Positions 48,475 through 60,569 are shown, numbered from the stretch's first letter. The stretch is DNA of 64,000 nt from Kofleriaceae bacterium (GCA_965215005.1 CBDCCZ010000061.1:1-64000); one strand, 5' to 3'. Notes: generated by a model from the letters alone, not told the origin. Program-made: numbers and translations.

Positions 48475-50241
48475 TCAGCGGCTGCTGCGGAGCGGATAGC
48501 GCACGCACGGCTCGAGCGGCGTTCTATCCGGTCGCTTGGCGCAGACGTGCACGAAGGTCGGATAGACGGTGACCATCACATAGTGGTGCTCACTGGCGAC
48601 GAACTGCATCCCGTCTTCGCGCGCGCATCGCGGCCGCCCGCGGATGCCGCAGGTCACCGGATACAGCGGCGCGCCCCCTCCGCCGGATACCACGTACGCC
48701 AGGCCATTTTTCTGGCCGCGCTGATATAGGTGGTCGTGACCGGTGAAGAGTACCGTCGCGCCGGCTTTGGCCAGAAGCGGCGCGTAGAGCGCAGCAGCAA
48801 CCTCATTGCCGCCGTGCAGCCCGCGCGAGTACGGCCCATCATGGGCCACGGCAAAGATGGCGCGGGCGCCGCGGGCGCTGTCGAGCTCTGCCTCGAGCCA
48901 TGCGAGCTGTTCCGGGTGCTCTAGCGAATTCGAGTCGAGCATCACGAAGTGCACGCCGGCAATAGCGAAGGCATGCCAATGCCCCCACGGAGGTCGCGAT
49001 GCAGGCCCCGGCCACAGCGCGAAGACATCGCTCATGCGCCGCTGCTGATCGCCGGCCTTGCCGAGGTCGTGGTTGCCGATGGCTGGGTAGTAGGGAGTGC
49101 GCGCCAAGAGCGGCTGCGCGATCGCAAAGAACCGCTGCCAGTCGGCCTCATCGCTGCCGCGCAGCACCAAATCGCCGGTCACGAGCACGAAGTCGGGAGC
49201 TTCGGCCAAGATGGCCGCGGTGAGCTGCTCGTGAACGCGATGGCCACCACGCACATCGCCAAAGACGGCGAAGCGAAGCACCGCGCCAGCAGCGGGGACG
49301 GTGTGAAACGACGACTCGGCGACCTGCTTGCCGTCGGCGTGGACGCGGTACGGCACCGCCGCCGCGACCGGCAAGTCGTCGAGCACCAGCTCATGCCGCA
49401 CTGCCAAACCGCCCGCGGCGGAGACAGCGGTGCGCTCTTGGCCATGGGCGCCCACGAAGGTCACCGCGCCTGTTACCGGCAGATCCGTCTCGAACACCAC
49501 GGTCGCGGAGGTCGAGCCAACCCGCTGCACGAGCGGTCCCCGCACCAGCCGTGACGGCGCAGCAGCGGCGAGCTCGAGGTCGAGCTCGGGCGCGAGCCGG
49601 TCGGCAGCAGGACGGACCTCGACGGCGAGCAGGTTGGCGCCAGAGGTGAGCAGTCCCGGAACCACCGGAATGTGAAACGTCTCCCATTCCGGGCCGTGTG
49701 CTCGCTCGGCGGGCTCCATGGGGCCGGCATCCGTGATGTTGCGGCGCGCGACCTCGCGACCATTGAGGTACGCGACCAGCCCATCTCGGTATCGCACCCG
49801 CAGCTGCACGGCCTCCAGCTGCGCGACTTCAGCGCCCACAGTGAACGGTGCCGCGACTCGCACGGCAGCGATGCGCTCGCGGTCGGTGTCGCCAATCGCC
49901 GTGGCGCAGTCGCCGCATTGGCCAGCAGGTCCAGCGGCAAGCGGCAGCCTCGCCTCGCGGGCTTGCGGCGGCACCCGGAGCGGCCAGTCGGGCGACTCAT
50001 GAGTCGGGTCGCCAAGCAGCGCAGGCACCGCGACGGCGGCACCCTGCAGCCGATCGAGCCACGCCAGCGCCACCGGCCCCAGTTGCCGCGCCGGCAACGG
50101 CGCCGCGGCGACCGTGTACACCACCTCGCTCCCGGCGGCTACGTAGACACGCGGAGCCTGAGCATCCGCCCCGCCATCTCGCGCCATCAGCACCAAGGAG
50201 AGAAAGCCCGCGCATGAGGCCAGCTGAACACCGCGCATCAA
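48475..50241 (-). CDS. purple-acid-phosphatase-like metallophosphoesterase with N-terminal jelly-roll/FN3 domains
   Basis: FGD, TGDLV, IGNHD, H and GHDHLYQR motifs; DG.VAYLNG.EVARRN module. Confidence 0.85.
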   Translation of the reverse strand: MMRGVQLASCAGFLSLVLMARDGGADAQAPRVYVAAGSEVVYTVAAAPLPARQLGPVALAWLDRLQGAAVAVPALLGDPTHESPDWPLRVPPQAREARLPLAAGPAGQCGDCATAIGDTDRERIAAVRVAAPFTVGAEVAQLEAVQLRVRYRDGLVAYLNGREVARRNITDAGPMEPAERAHGPEWETFHIPVVPGLLTSGANLLAVEVRPAADRLAPELDLELAAAAPSRLVRGPLVQRVGSTSATVVFETDLPVTGAVTFVGAHGQERTAVSAAGGLAVRHELVLDDLPVAAAVPYRVHADGKQVAESSFHTVPAAGAVLRFAVFGDVRGGHRVHEQLTAAILAEAPDFVLVTGDLVLRGSDEADWQRFFAIAQPLLARTPYYPAIGNHDLGKAGDQQRRMSDVFALWPGPASRPPWGHWHAFAIAGVHFVMLDSNSLEHPEQLAWLEAELDSARGARAIFAVAHDGPYSRGLHGGNEVAAALYAPLLAKAGATVLFTGHDHLYQRGQKNGLAYVVSGGGGAPLYPVTCGIRGRPRCAREDGMQFVASEHHYVMVTVYPTFVHVCAKRPDRTPLEPCVRYPLRSSR

Positions 50242-50439
50242 GCCATCGTACGAGCATCGCCCGGCCGCGCCAACTGAACCCTTCGACGGCAGGTGCCACG
50301 ACTCAGCGCGGACCGCCGGTCGCCGCGCGCCCCAAGGCCTGGAGGTCAGCTGGTCAACGCCGCCATGAGTGCCGTGGGTGCGGCACGACCCGCACCACGC
50401 CCCGAGTGGCGATGCTTCGCAACGTCTGCCGCGTTGAGA

Positions 50440-50769
50440 CTAGGCGCGCTTGGCGCGACGCTCTGCGGCGCGAGTCAGGTCGAACAAGCGCGGCAGGGAA
50501 TAGCTGCTCAGCTTGGTCTTGTAGTCCTCGTCCTTGCTCCTGCCCTGAGCACCGACGAGCTTGTCGATCAGCGCTGCCTTGCCGCCCTGTTCTTTGACGG
50601 CTTGCGAAACCTTCATGAGCCGCAAGAGCTGCTTATTGGACGCGGTCTTGAGGCGCTCCTTGAGCTCCGCCTCATCGCCTTGCTCGAGATTGCTGGTGAG
50701 TTGGTCGACCAACTGCTCTTTGCTGCCGTACTGCCGCTTCATAGCGGCCATGGGGGTCTCTTTTGCCAT
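50440..50769 (-). CDS. small basic hypothetical protein
   Basis: GGAG RBS, GC3-biased codons, internal repeat (GSKEQLVD.L / GGKAALID.L). Confidence 0.6.
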   Translation of the reverse strand: MAKETPMAAMKRQYGSKEQLVDQLTSNLEQGDEAELKERLKTASNKQLLRLMKVSQAVKEQGGKAALIDKLVGAQGRSKDEDYKTKLSSYSLPRLFDLTRAAERRAKRA

Positions 50770-50780
50770 TGTTCAGCTCC

Positions 50781-51863
50781 TCAATTTGCGGACGCGGGTC
50801 CGGCATCCTGCCCAGGTCGAGCACGAGAGTCAATCTTGGACAGGAGCTGTTTCACCTCAGCGTCGCTGAGGGAGACACGCAAATACACTGTAGCGGCCTC
50901 CGCGTCTACCTCGAGCTTGCTCACCAGCGGCCCCAAGCTTAGCGTTTGTGCCACCGTCGCCAGCAACGCCATCTGTGGCTTCATGAAGGATACTGCGGCG
51001 TTAGCGTCTTGCTCCGAGGCCATTAGCACCCCTAGCCGGGCGCGCACCCCGTCGCTCAAGTCAAGCTCACCAAACATCGCCGCTGGTGGCGCCGCGACCT
51101 GCCGCTCGGTGAGAGTCACGATTCCCTGCCCCACCGCGGGATCCACCTGCCCCACAGCCCAAAGCCCCGCCTTCTCGTCGATTCGGCCCAGGAGCGGACC
51201 GAGCGGGCCCTTGCGCACGTCGCTGCCGGGGCTGAGGGCCTGCACCAGCCAGTCTCGCGAAGCGCTCACCACCAGCGTGTCCTCGGCGCCAAAACCAAAC
51301 CACAGCGGCCGCTTCCGGTCGGGCTGCTCGACGCGATACAAGGTGCGGCCAGCGAGGGTTTTGGTGGTTAGGCGCCCCCCGGACTCCGCCATCAACCGGG
51401 TGATGCAGCTTGCGAGCGCCGGCTCCGAAAACGATCCAGCGAGCACCATGAGAACCTGATCCGTTGGCGCCGTGGGTTGCGGTAGCGCGCCCATGGCGAG
51501 CAGCACCGAGTGCGTATCGCCGGGAACCTCGAGCTTGCACCCCTGCAAGATGGCCATCGCGCGATCGCGCAGCTCCGGGTCGCGCAGGAACATTTGCTCG
51601 ACCGCACGAGTCACCAGTGGTGACTGCGCCAGCTGCTTGACGTCGGCGCCCACCAGCACCCGCGCGTCTACCGGGATGGCCGCGAGCCCGAGAATGGGCC
51701 GCGGCCCTCGGCGCTTGCCCCGCTCATCATTCTTGCAGCCGGCCTGCGCCACCAGCCCGATGAGCAGGCTGGTGACGAGCACGCAACGCAGGCGCACGGA
51801 AACCGAAGAGAACCGCGCCCGGAAACGCTCCCGGTCGGGCCGAGCGAACGCGGTCGCCTTCAC
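50781..51863 (-). CDS. hypothetical lipoprotein (start uncertain), paralog of the adjacent lipoprotein at 51871-52845
   Basis: QAGC lipobox; IP.DA.VLVG.D...L..S.L pattern shared with the neighbour. Confidence 0.6.
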   Translation of the reverse strand: MKATAFARPDRERFRARFSSVSVRLRCVLVTSLLIGLVAQAGCKNDERGKRRGPRPILGLAAIPVDARVLVGADVKQLAQSPLVTRAVEQMFLRDPELRDRAMAILQGCKLEVPGDTHSVLLAMGALPQPTAPTDQVLMVLAGSFSEPALASCITRLMAESGGRLTTKTLAGRTLYRVEQPDRKRPLWFGFGAEDTLVVSASRDWLVQALSPGSDVRKGPLGPLLGRIDEKAGLWAVGQVDPAVGQGIVTLTERQVAAPPAAMFGELDLSDGVRARLGVLMASEQDANAAVSFMKPQMALLATVAQTLSLGPLVSKLEVDAEAATVYLRVSLSDAEVKQLLSKIDSRARPGQDAGPASAN

Positions 51864-51870
51864 GAAGGGT

Positions 51871-52845
51871 CTACTGGCCGCCCAACTGCGACATGATCAT
51901 CGCCCCGATGAACTGCATCTGCGGGTCGGTCTTAGCGGTCTCGATGAGCTCATTGACGTCACTATCGCTCATGACGAGGTCGAGAACGATGTCTTGCCCG
52001 TTGGCCTGCACCGACAACTTGCTGAGGTACTTGCCGACCGGCGTTGCCTTCACTGCCTCGAGCTGCTGATTCATCTGCGTGACCATCGACTGTGCCTCGC
52101 TGGCCTCGGTCATCGTGGCCTTCGCATCGATATCGATGCCCTGGGACAAGTCGAGGTCGAACGTGGCCGACTGGAAGCTCACCGGCCCCTCCGCCACGTC
52201 ACCCTTGACCACCGACCAGACAGCCGCTTTGGTATCGACCGTGCTCGCCAGCTGCATGAAGGCGGCACTGGACTGCAGCGAGTCTTTGTTGCTCTTGAGA
52301 GCTGCCAGCTTGGTCGAGTCGTACTTTGGACCACCGATGAACGTGTCGTTGTCGAGCCAGATGAACGCCATCGGCTCGCCATCCGACGTGATGGTGGTGA
52401 CGTCGCCGTCGTTGGCAACGGCGAACGTCTTGTCGTCGTTGGCTTCGGCTGCCGCGCCCTGCGCGCACTTGTTGAGCGTCTCGCGCTCGAGCCCGTCGAC
52501 GAGAACCACCATATCCTCCGCCTCCGCGTCGATGATGGCGAAGGTGAGCGAGTCGACCTCCTCCATCGGATCGAGCCCGCAGTAGGCCTTGAGCTTGGTC
52601 AGCTCTTGCGAGGCATTCTCATCGATCATCGGCTTGAAACGCTTGTACAGCGCACTGCTCGTGATGCGATCGAAGTTCACGCCGACCACCATCTTTGCAG
52701 TGCTCGGAATCAGCGCGAACGCCGAGCTAGCCTCGGTTGCCGGAGCGCCTTCGGTCTTCTTCTTCTCGTCTTTTTTGCAACCACCAGCCGCGAGCGCCGC
52801 GGCTGCAAAGAGCGCGGCTAGGCCGAGCGTCGTGCGTTTCGCCAT
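51871..52845 (-). CDS. hypothetical lipoprotein
   Basis: GGAGG RBS; AGGC lipobox; IPSTAKMVVGVN...S.LY and CGLDP. Confidence 0.7.
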   Translation of the reverse strand: MAKRTTLGLAALFAAAALAAGGCKKDEKKKTEGAPATEASSAFALIPSTAKMVVGVNFDRITSSALYKRFKPMIDENASQELTKLKAYCGLDPMEEVDSLTFAIIDAEAEDMVVLVDGLERETLNKCAQGAAAEANDDKTFAVANDGDVTTITSDGEPMAFIWLDNDTFIGGPKYDSTKLAALKSNKDSLQSSAAFMQLASTVDTKAAVWSVVKGDVAEGPVSFQSATFDLDLSQGIDIDAKATMTEASEAQSMVTQMNQQLEAVKATPVGKYLSKLSVQANGQDIVLDLVMSDSDVNELIETAKTDPQMQFIGAMIMSQLGGQ

Positions 52846-53013
52846 GAGTTGATTCCTCCGAGTCGGTAACGAGCAGATGCCGTGAAACCAGCTGGTTGTA
52901 ACACGCCCGATCGACCACGCAAGATCGCCTCGTGCAGCAACCACGGCAACATCTGTAACGATGCGGCGACAATCACGAGTCGTCGGAGGGATCCACTATG
53001 CTGTCGGGCTCTC

Positions 53014-53664
<651 letters not shown>

Positions 53665-53667
53665 TGC

Positions 53668-54609
53668 TCAGGCCACTGCCGCGGCAACCTCGGCCAACGT
53701 CTTCATCTCCCAATCGAGCGCCAACCGATCGAGCGTGGCCTCCAACGCGCGCAGCTTGATCCGCAACGGCACGCGCAGATCCGGCTGGCGAGCCACGAGC
53801 ACCCCCGGAATCCCATCGACGTCGGCATCACAGAGATCGATCCCGTGGAGCTCGAAATTGAAAAACGGCCGCTGGCGCATCGCTTCGAGCCAACGCGCGC
53901 GCAGCCACACCGGCGCGAGCAACAGCGAGGTGCCAATCACCGGGGTGCGCGCACCGGGCGTGACCGCAATCGGCAGCTCGACCAAGGATGCGCCGCCGCG
54001 TCGCCAGGGCGCCCGCAGATCGGGACGATAGGGCACGGCCGGCGCCAGCAGCGCGCGCGGGTTGGTTAGCACCGCGCCGCTGCGGCGGCCCACGGCCCGT
54101 AGCGCGCCCATGACCGCGGCTTTGGCGAGGTAGTACCCAGGAGCCGGAAACATCGACGAGTCGTAACGGTAACCGCGGGCTACCAAGTGCACCAGCATGT
54201 CGCCGGAAAGGTCGTACCCAGGCGCGCGAAATCCAACGATGGGCGCGCCGGTAAGCTGCCGGAGCAGCGCGTCGGCGCGGTCGATTTCGGCGTGCATTTG
54301 CGGTACAGGCAGCCGCGCCAGCTCGTAAGGATGACTGTGCGAGTGATTGCCGAGCTCGTGGCCGGCAGCAGCGAGCTCGGCAAGCTGCGCGGCAGCGGCG
54401 CGCGCGCTGCTGCCGCGGGCGGGATCGACGTCATCGCCAATGACGAAGAACGTGGCGCGTAACCCGCGACGCGCGAAGAGCTCGGCGAAGCGCGGCACGC
54501 AGCGGCGCAAGACGATGTCGCGGAGCTCCGGTGGCGCCGGCCCAAGCCCATGAATCCGGTAGTAACAAGGGATCGGATCCAGGTCGATGGACACCGCGCA
54601 GCTCGGCAT
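53668..54609 (-). CDS. polysaccharide deacetylase family protein
   Basis: [29 protein letters not shown] and YDSS. Confidence 0.88.
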   Translation of the reverse strand: MPSCAVSIDLDPIPCYYRIHGLGPAPPELRDIVLRRCVPRFAELFARRGLRATFFVIGDDVDPARGSSARAAAAQLAELAAAGHELGNHSHSHPYELARLPVPQMHAEIDRADALLRQLTGAPIVGFRAPGYDLSGDMLVHLVARGYRYDSSMFPAPGYYLAKAAVMGALRAVGRRSGAVLTNPRALLAPAVPYRPDLRAPWRRGGASLVELPIAVTPGARTPVIGTSLLLAPVWLRARWLEAMRQRPFFNFELHGIDLCDADVDGIPGVLVARQPDLRVPLRIKLRALEATLDRLALDWEMKTLAEVAAAVA

Positions 54610-54611
54610 CG

Positions 54612-55313
54612 TCAACCCTTGAAGCGAATCGTATACGTGAGCGTCGCCAGTCCTCGCAAAACGTCGGGCACGCGGCGCATCAAGTTGATCGCCGGCCGCC
54701 GCTTCTCCGCGACGCGCACCGGAATCTCGACCACTCGCTTGCCCTCGCGATAGGCGCGGATGACGAACTCGCTGGCGAAGAGGTCGCGTTCGATAACGCA
54801 CCGCCGCGCCGTGTCCACCAACCGCTCGCGGCGAAATGCCTTGAGCCCATGGGTATCGGTGCCGCGAAAGTCCAGAGCGACGCGAAACATGCCGTTGATG
54901 ACGCGCGTCGCGGCTCGGCGCAACGCCGGGCGCTCATCGTGGGCGCCTTTCATCACTTTCGAGCCAATGACCATATCGGCGTTGCCATGCTCGAGTAGAT
55001 CCATGGCGCGACGATAGAAGTCGGCGTCGCAAAGGTCGATCTCGTCGCAAATGACGTACGTGCCGCGAGCGCGCAAAATGCCTTCACGCAGGGCCTTGCC
55101 GTAGTTCGGCGCATCGCAAGAAAACATCTGCACCGCGGGGAGCTCGGCGCTCAGGCTCTGAGCAATCTCGACGGTGCGGTCGCTGCTGCCGTTTTCGGCC
55201 AAGATCAGCTCCCAGTCCCACTCGAAGCCGCGGAGCTCAGCGGCGAGCTCACCCACTGCTTCGCGCAGGATGCCTTCCTCGTTGTAGATTGGGATGACGA
55301 TCGAGACGTGCAT
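54612..55313 (-). CDS. GT2 glycosyltransferase (polyprenol-phosphate glycosyltransferase-like)
   Basis: [33 protein letters not shown] and VVEIPV. Confidence 0.9.
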   Translation of the reverse strand: MHVSIVIPIYNEEGILREAVGELAAELRGFEWDWELILAENGSSDRTVEIAQSLSAELPAVQMFSCDAPNYGKALREGILRARGTYVICDEIDLCDADFYRRAMDLLEHGNADMVIGSKVMKGAHDERPALRRAATRVINGMFRVALDFRGTDTHGLKAFRRERLVDTARRCVIERDLFASEFVIRAYREGKRVVEIPVRVAEKRRPAINLMRRVPDVLRGLATLTYTIRFKG

Positions 55314-55391
55314 CAGCGGTCGCGTTCTAACACATCCCGTGCAAGGCTCGTGGACTCGCTCGTCGCGTGAGTCGTGACGGGGTTTCGGCCG

Positions 55392-56529
55392 TCAATGCTC
55401 CCGCCGCTGGCGCGCGGGCGGCCCGGCGATGAATACCGCGCCCGCCGCCACGATCCCGGCGCCGGCAGCGAGCCAGTAGATCGTGGGATAGGCGAAGTAT
55501 TTGGCAATCGCGCCGAGGCCGAAGGCGGCCGACAAAATGCCAAAGCCAAACGCGAAGGTCGACGTAGCAATGGCCCGCGACCGAGCCCCCACGGTGCGCT
55601 CGACGATCATCGCTTGCAGCGCTGGGTAGTACAGTCCGTGAGAGAAGCCAAATGCTGTTCCGACCACGATGAGCTGGGTGCGACTCGAGAGCGTCGCCAT
55701 CAACACCAACGCCGCCGCGTGGCCTAGTAGCGCCGGTACCGCCGTCGCACGCCGCCCGAGTCGGTCGGCAAGGTGCCCGAGCGCCAACCGACTCGCGATC
55801 GCCGCGACCGTATAGGGAATGAAGAACGGTGTAATCGCGCCAACGCCGGTGCGTTCGGTGTAGTCGGCGATAAAGGTCCAGACGCTGCCAAATCCCATGC
55901 CCGCCAAGCCAGTGGCGAGCCAGATCGGACCGGCGCCGCGGCTCACGAACGAACCGCCGCTGCGGCGACCCGAGGCCAGAGGCAACGGCGCAGCAACCAA
56001 CGCACCGCCAATGCCACCCAGCGCGCCGGCGGTGAAGACTGCCGTCCAGCCAAGCTCGGCGTGCAGCACCTCACCGAGCCACGGGCCCACTGCTTGCGAG
56101 GTCAACGTCAGCACACCGGAGATGCCCAAGGCCTGCGCCAACCGGCCGGGAGGCGCGATATCGGCAACGTAAGCGGCAGCGGCGACGAGCACCGCGCCAA
56201 ATCCCAAACCCTGCAACGCGCGCCCAAAGGTGAACGAGACCAGGTGGTCGGCACCATAAAACCACCCGGCGCCGGCGGCGGCGATGAGGCAGCCCAGCAT
56301 TAGAACCAGGCGATGGCCGAAGCGATCGGCCAATCGACCTGCAAGCGGCATCGACACGAGCGATGCGATGTTGAAGCCGCCCATGACCAAACCGATTTGC
56401 TGCTCATCATAGCCACGCGCCGCCAAGAACCGCGGCAGGAGCAAGAATAGGTTGGGCACGAGCGCCCCCCAAAAGGAGCGTCATTCCGACCAACACCAGC
56501 GGTACGGTGATGAGACGCGGGGGCGACAC
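55392..56529 (-). CDS. MFS transporter; apparent +1 frameshift in a G6 run near 56465-56470
   Basis: GRLADRFGHR and GHLADRLGRR motif A, GRALQG; the first TM helix is completed only by an upstream frame. Confidence 0.8.
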
Positions 56530-56934
56530 GAACAGTGGTTGTAGACGAAACAGCCGCTCGTTGTACGCCGCCGCGGGTGCCAGGACGCGCTTCTCGCCCG
56601 CTCCATCGCGAGGCGCCGGCGGGCGAGTCCCGTTGCTCGTGGACCGTTGGCGGCTGCCCTGCCCATGGTTTCTGCTCTAGTGGTCCCCAGCCGCGCCGCC
56701 GGCTGTCTCGAGAGGGCGAGCGCGTACCGCTGCTCGTGAACACCGCTTGCCGGCTCTCTTAGCCATGGTTGCTCTGATGCGTCGCGACGCCGGACGAGCG
56801 GCGACGGTTTGTTGCGACGGCGGACTTCCCTAGCGACAATGGCCGCGTGAGCGAAGAGAGGCCCGAGAGCAGCGACGAAACCGATCTGCGCGGCTGCGCA
56901 TCGCCGGCATCGCCCGCGCCGCTACCCGAGCCTG

Positions 56935-58008
56935 GTGGCGCGGTGGTTGGTCGGCGCGCTGCGGCGGCCCGCGCGCGCCGAGGCCGCGCCGCTTCCTGCA
57001 GTGAGCGCCGGCCAGGTCGGCGTGTGCTTCGCCGGTCATGCCTCTGTGCTGCTGCGTTACGCATCGCTCGACATCGTCTGCGATCCGCTGCTTGGCCGCT
57101 GGGTTCGCGGCGTCAAACGCGCGGTCGATTGCGGCCTATCGCCTGCGGAGCTCGGTGGCGTCGACTTGATCCTCATAAGTCACGCGCACCGCGATCATCT
57201 GCACCGGCCCACACTGCGCAAGCTGCCGCGCTCGGCCACGGTCGTGGTTCCGCCGCGCACGGCGCACCTGGTGTCCGACCTCGAGTTTGCGCGCGTCGTC
57301 GAGCTCGGAGTCGGCCAATCGCTGCAGTATCGCGACGTCGACATCGTTAGTGCCGCGGTTCGCCACGGGGACGCCGACAGCACCCGCGCCCTGTCCTACG
57401 TCATCCGCGGCAATGGCCCCTCAGTATACTTCTGCGGCGACAGCGGCTACTTTTCTGGCTTCGCCGAGATTGGCCGGCGGTTTGCTCCTGACATCGCGCT
57501 GTTGCCCATTGGCGGCTATGCCCCCAGCTCGTTTCGCGCGCGCCACATGAGCCCGCTCGATGCTCTCACGGCGCTCGAAGATCTCCTCGCGCGAGTTCTC
57601 ATACCCATCCACTACGGCGCGTTTCCGCTGTCCTACGAGCGTCTCGATGAGCCTGCTCGTTGGTTGCGGCAGCTCGTTCGCGAGCGCCAGCTCGAGCGAT
57701 TCGTGGTGCCGCTGGCACCGGGTAGCTCGCGCGTCTTCGTGCCGCCGCGCACCAGGAGCATTCACCGGCCGCTCTCGACTATTGAATCCGCGCTAGAGCC
57801 GAAGAGCTCAGGCGTTCCCGAAACTGTCGAGGTGAATCTGGAGGCCACCGCGCCCGTGCCAGAGGAGGCGGCCACTGTCTCGCCCACGGATGCGATGTCG
57901 GCCGATGCCACGCAGCGACGAGCGACGAGCGAGACGGAATCCGTCGAGACTGACCCAGAGGTCGCACCTGCCGCCCAGGACTCGCCGTCCGGTCGAGTCC
58001 TGCACTGA
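56935..58008 (+). CDS. MBL-fold metallo-hydrolase (NAPE-PLD/RomA-like); start uncertain
   Basis: [33 protein letters not shown] and PIHYG. Confidence 0.85.
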   Translation: MARWLVGALRRPARAEAAPLPAVSAGQVGVCFAGHASVLLRYASLDIVCDPLLGRWVRGVKRAVDCGLSPAELGGVDLILISHAHRDHLHRPTLRKLPRSATVVVPPRTAHLVSDLEFARVVELGVGQSLQYRDVDIVSAAVRHGDADSTRALSYVIRGNGPSVYFCGDSGYFSGFAEIGRRFAPDIALLPIGGYAPSSFRARHMSPLDALTALEDLLARVLIPIHYGAFPLSYERLDEPARWLRQLVRERQLERFVVPLAPGSSRVFVPPRTRSIHRPLSTIESALEPKSSGVPETVEVNLEATAPVPEEAATVSPTDAMSADATQRRATSETESVETDPEVAPAAQDSPSGRVLH

Positions 58009-58274
58009 GAATCGGGCTGCAGTCGGCTGCTCGCCGTGAAGCAGCGTCGCACGCGTTTTGCTCTTCACGATGCGCTTCAACGTACTGCCGCCAACTCCGA
58101 GAGATGCCCATCGCGACGCCAGACGACCTCGTGCATGAGAGCCGCCGCATCGTCGAGCTCACAGCGCACGCCGACCGAGCTCGTGCCCCTGCCGCTGCCA
58201 TATACCCCCGCTGCCTCGTCGAGCTCGCAGCGCAGCTTGCAGTCTGTAACGGTTGCCACTACCGTCACCCGCCG

Positions 58275-60569
58275 GTGAAGGCTCTCCTTCCGTGGATTCG
58301 ACGCGAGGCCCTGTGGCCGCTGTTCGTGGTGCTGCTCGCTGCGGCCGTGCTGCTGCCGGGGCTGGGCAGCTTTGGCCTGTGGGAGCCACAGGAAATCGCC
58401 GTGGCGGACCGGGCTCGCGCCCGCGTCGAGCCGGCGACTGACGAGGCCTCCATAGGACGCCTGGCAAAGGGTAGCGGCGACTATGCCTTGACCGAGCGCG
58501 CCGCCGCCGCCGGCATGCGGCACTTGGGCACCAGCGAGCTCGCTGCTCGCCTGCCGCTGGCTCTCTTGGGGCTCATAGCCATCGCCGCGACGTTCTTTCT
58601 CGCGCGACGACTCGCGAGCCCTCGCGCCGGACTCTTCGCGGCGCTCGTGCTGCTCTCGATGCCGATTTTCGTGTTGCAGTCGCGACAACTGCTCAGCGCC
58701 ATCGGCGCCATCACCGGCACCGTGTTGCTCACCGTAGGCTTGGTTGGACTGGCTTGGCCACACCAGCGATTGTCGGCGCGGCCGCTGCTGCGGTTGCTCG
58801 ACATTATATTGATCATCGTCGGAGCGGCGCTCAGCTTCGACGCCGCCGGGCTGCTGCTCGGAATTGCTCCGGTGCTCGGCGCCGTCGGCCTCGCGAGCCT
58901 AGCGGCGCTGCTGCATTCTAACGACGCCGCGCGGCCTCAACGCCGGCAGCTCGGCGTTGCCGCCGCCCTCACCTTGCTTGCGAGCATCGCAGCGCTAGCG
59001 GTGGTGGCATTCATCGTCTACGACTTCGTGGAGCCGGTTCCCGGCACCCGGCAGCTCGGTGGTTACAGCTTCATTCCCACCGAAGTGCCAAGCGCGACCG
59101 TCGGCGGCATCTGGCGCGCCGCCGACAACGCCGACGCAACGTTTGACAGCCTGTTCGAGCAGCTCGCCTACGGCCTCTATCCGTGGTCGGCGCTGGCGCC
59201 GATCGCGCTGGCGCGCCTGGGCCTCGGTCCGCGAGAAGGTCGTCGCGTGTGGGCCGGGTACATCATCTTCGGTTGGGTGCTGCTGGCGTGGGCTGCAGCC
59301 ACGGTGCTCACCCGCAAGGTCGGCCCGGTGCTGTTTCCCGCGGTTGGTGCCGTCGCGGTGGCGGTGGGCGTGTGGCTCGACGATCTATTGACCGCTCGCG
59401 AGTGCGCCGCCGCCAGCGCCGATGATGATGCCCAGTCTCGTCACGGCTACGGCACCGCGCTGCGCTTGCCGCTGGTGGGTCTGTTCGTGGCGCTCGCCGC
59501 GCTCGTCCTCGGCAAAGACTTGCAGGCCTTCCCCGACCGCTTGGTCTCGATCCACGTCGTCGGCTCGACGATTTCCTATCCTGGTGGCGCCGCGCTCCGC
59601 GCCGCCGTGCTCGCCTTTGGTGTGCTGTTCGGTGGCGGCATGTTTCTCGGCCTATGGCGGTGGTATCGTCGCCCGCCGCACGGCCTGCGCTTTGGCCGGC
59701 AGCTGCGCTGGGCCAGCCGCTATGGCGTGCACGCAGCGGTGGCCGTGGGCGTTGGCTTCGCGGTGTTCGTCGCGCACGTGTGGACGCCAAGGCTGTCGCG
59801 CAAGCTGTCCTCGAGGCACTTGATGCGCGTCTACAGCGAGCTGGCGCGCCCCGGCGACGCGCTGGGAGTCATGGGCCAGCTCGGTGGCGGCATCGAGTAC
59901 TACACCGGCGGCAACTACGAAAAGCTGCGCTCGCGTGCCGAGCTCGTCGAGCTCTTGCAGCGGCCCGAGCGCGTCTTTGCGCTGGTTCCGACCTCGGAGC
60001 TGTGTCCGATTCACGCCGCCTCCAAGGCAAGCTTCGACTATCACGTGCTCGACGACAGTCACGCTCAGTTCCTCTTGCTGAGCAACCAGCTCCGTGACGG
60101 CGAGCAGGCCAGAAATCCGCTCGCAGAAGCAATTGCGCGGACGCGCCCGGCCGATATCAAAACGCCGCTCGACATCGACTACGACGGCAAGATTCGACTC
60201 ATCGGCGTGAACATGCCGAGCACCGTCGATCGGGGCGAGCGCTTCGAGGTCACGCTGTTCTACCAGGTGCTCGCTAACGTGCCCGGCACTTGGAAGGTGT
60301 TCGTTCACTTCGATGGCCCTGGCATCCGCTTCCAAGGCGATCACGAGCCGATTCGCGGCATGTGCGGCACTGGCGCGTGGCAGCCCGGAGACTTCATCGT
60401 CGATACCTTCGAGGTCGAGGCCGGCGACCTCACGCACCCAAAGACGACGTATCAAGTGTGGACCGGGTTCTTCCGGGGCGGCGGTGGCAACTGGACCAAC
60501 ATGAAGGTGGTCTCTGGGCAGGCCGATAACGACAACCGCGCCCGCCTTGGCACCATCACGTTGAACTGA
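58275..60569 (+). CDS. GT-C (ArnT/PMT_2-like) membrane glycosyltransferase with periplasmic C-terminal domain
   Basis: LGSFGLWEPQE, SELAARLP and many TM helices; C-terminal WKVFVH...GDH.P...W.PGD...D. Confidence 0.8.
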   Translation: MKALLPWIRREALWPLFVVLLAAAVLLPGLGSFGLWEPQEIAVADRARARVEPATDEASIGRLAKGSGDYALTERAAAAGMRHLGTSELAARLPLALLGLIAIAATFFLARRLASPRAGLFAALVLLSMPIFVLQSRQLLSAIGAITGTVLLTVGLVGLAWPHQRLSARPLLRLLDIILIIVGAALSFDAAGLLLGIAPVLGAVGLASLAALLHSNDAARPQRRQLGVAAALTLLASIAALAVVAFIVYDFVEPVPGTRQLGGYSFIPTEVPSATVGGIWRAADNADATFDSLFEQLAYGLYPWSALAPIALARLGLGPREGRRVWAGYIIFGWVLLAWAAATVLTRKVGPVLFPAVGAVAVAVGVWLDDLLTARECAAASADDDAQSRHGYGTALRLPLVGLFVALAALVLGKDLQAFPDRLVSIHVVGSTISYPGGAALRAAVLAFGVLFGGGMFLGLWRWYRRPPHGLRFGRQLRWASRYGVHAAVAVGVGFAVFVAHVWTPRLSRKLSSRHLMRVYSELARPGDALGVMGQLGGGIEYYTGGNYEKLRSRAELVELLQRPERVFALVPTSELCPIHAASKASFDYHVLDDSHAQFLLLSNQLRDGEQARNPLAEAIARTRPADIKTPLDIDYDGKIRLIGVNMPSTVDRGERFEVTLFYQVLANVPGTWKVFVHFDGPGIRFQGDHEPIRGMCGTGAWQPGDFIVDTFEVEAGDLTHPKTTYQVWTGFFRGGGGNWTNMKVVSGQADNDNRARLGTITLN

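Noticed and set aside
50293..52821. Long plus-strand ORFs 50293-51459 and 51472-52821
   Set aside because: They are antisense shadows of minus-strand genes that have RBSs, lipoboxes and normal codon bias; such shadows are common at high GC.
56847..56935. Third frameshift extending the MBL hydrolase N-terminus from GTG 56847
   Set aside because: Possible, but the extension is low-complexity with no conserved motif to anchor it, so it cannot be supported without homologs.
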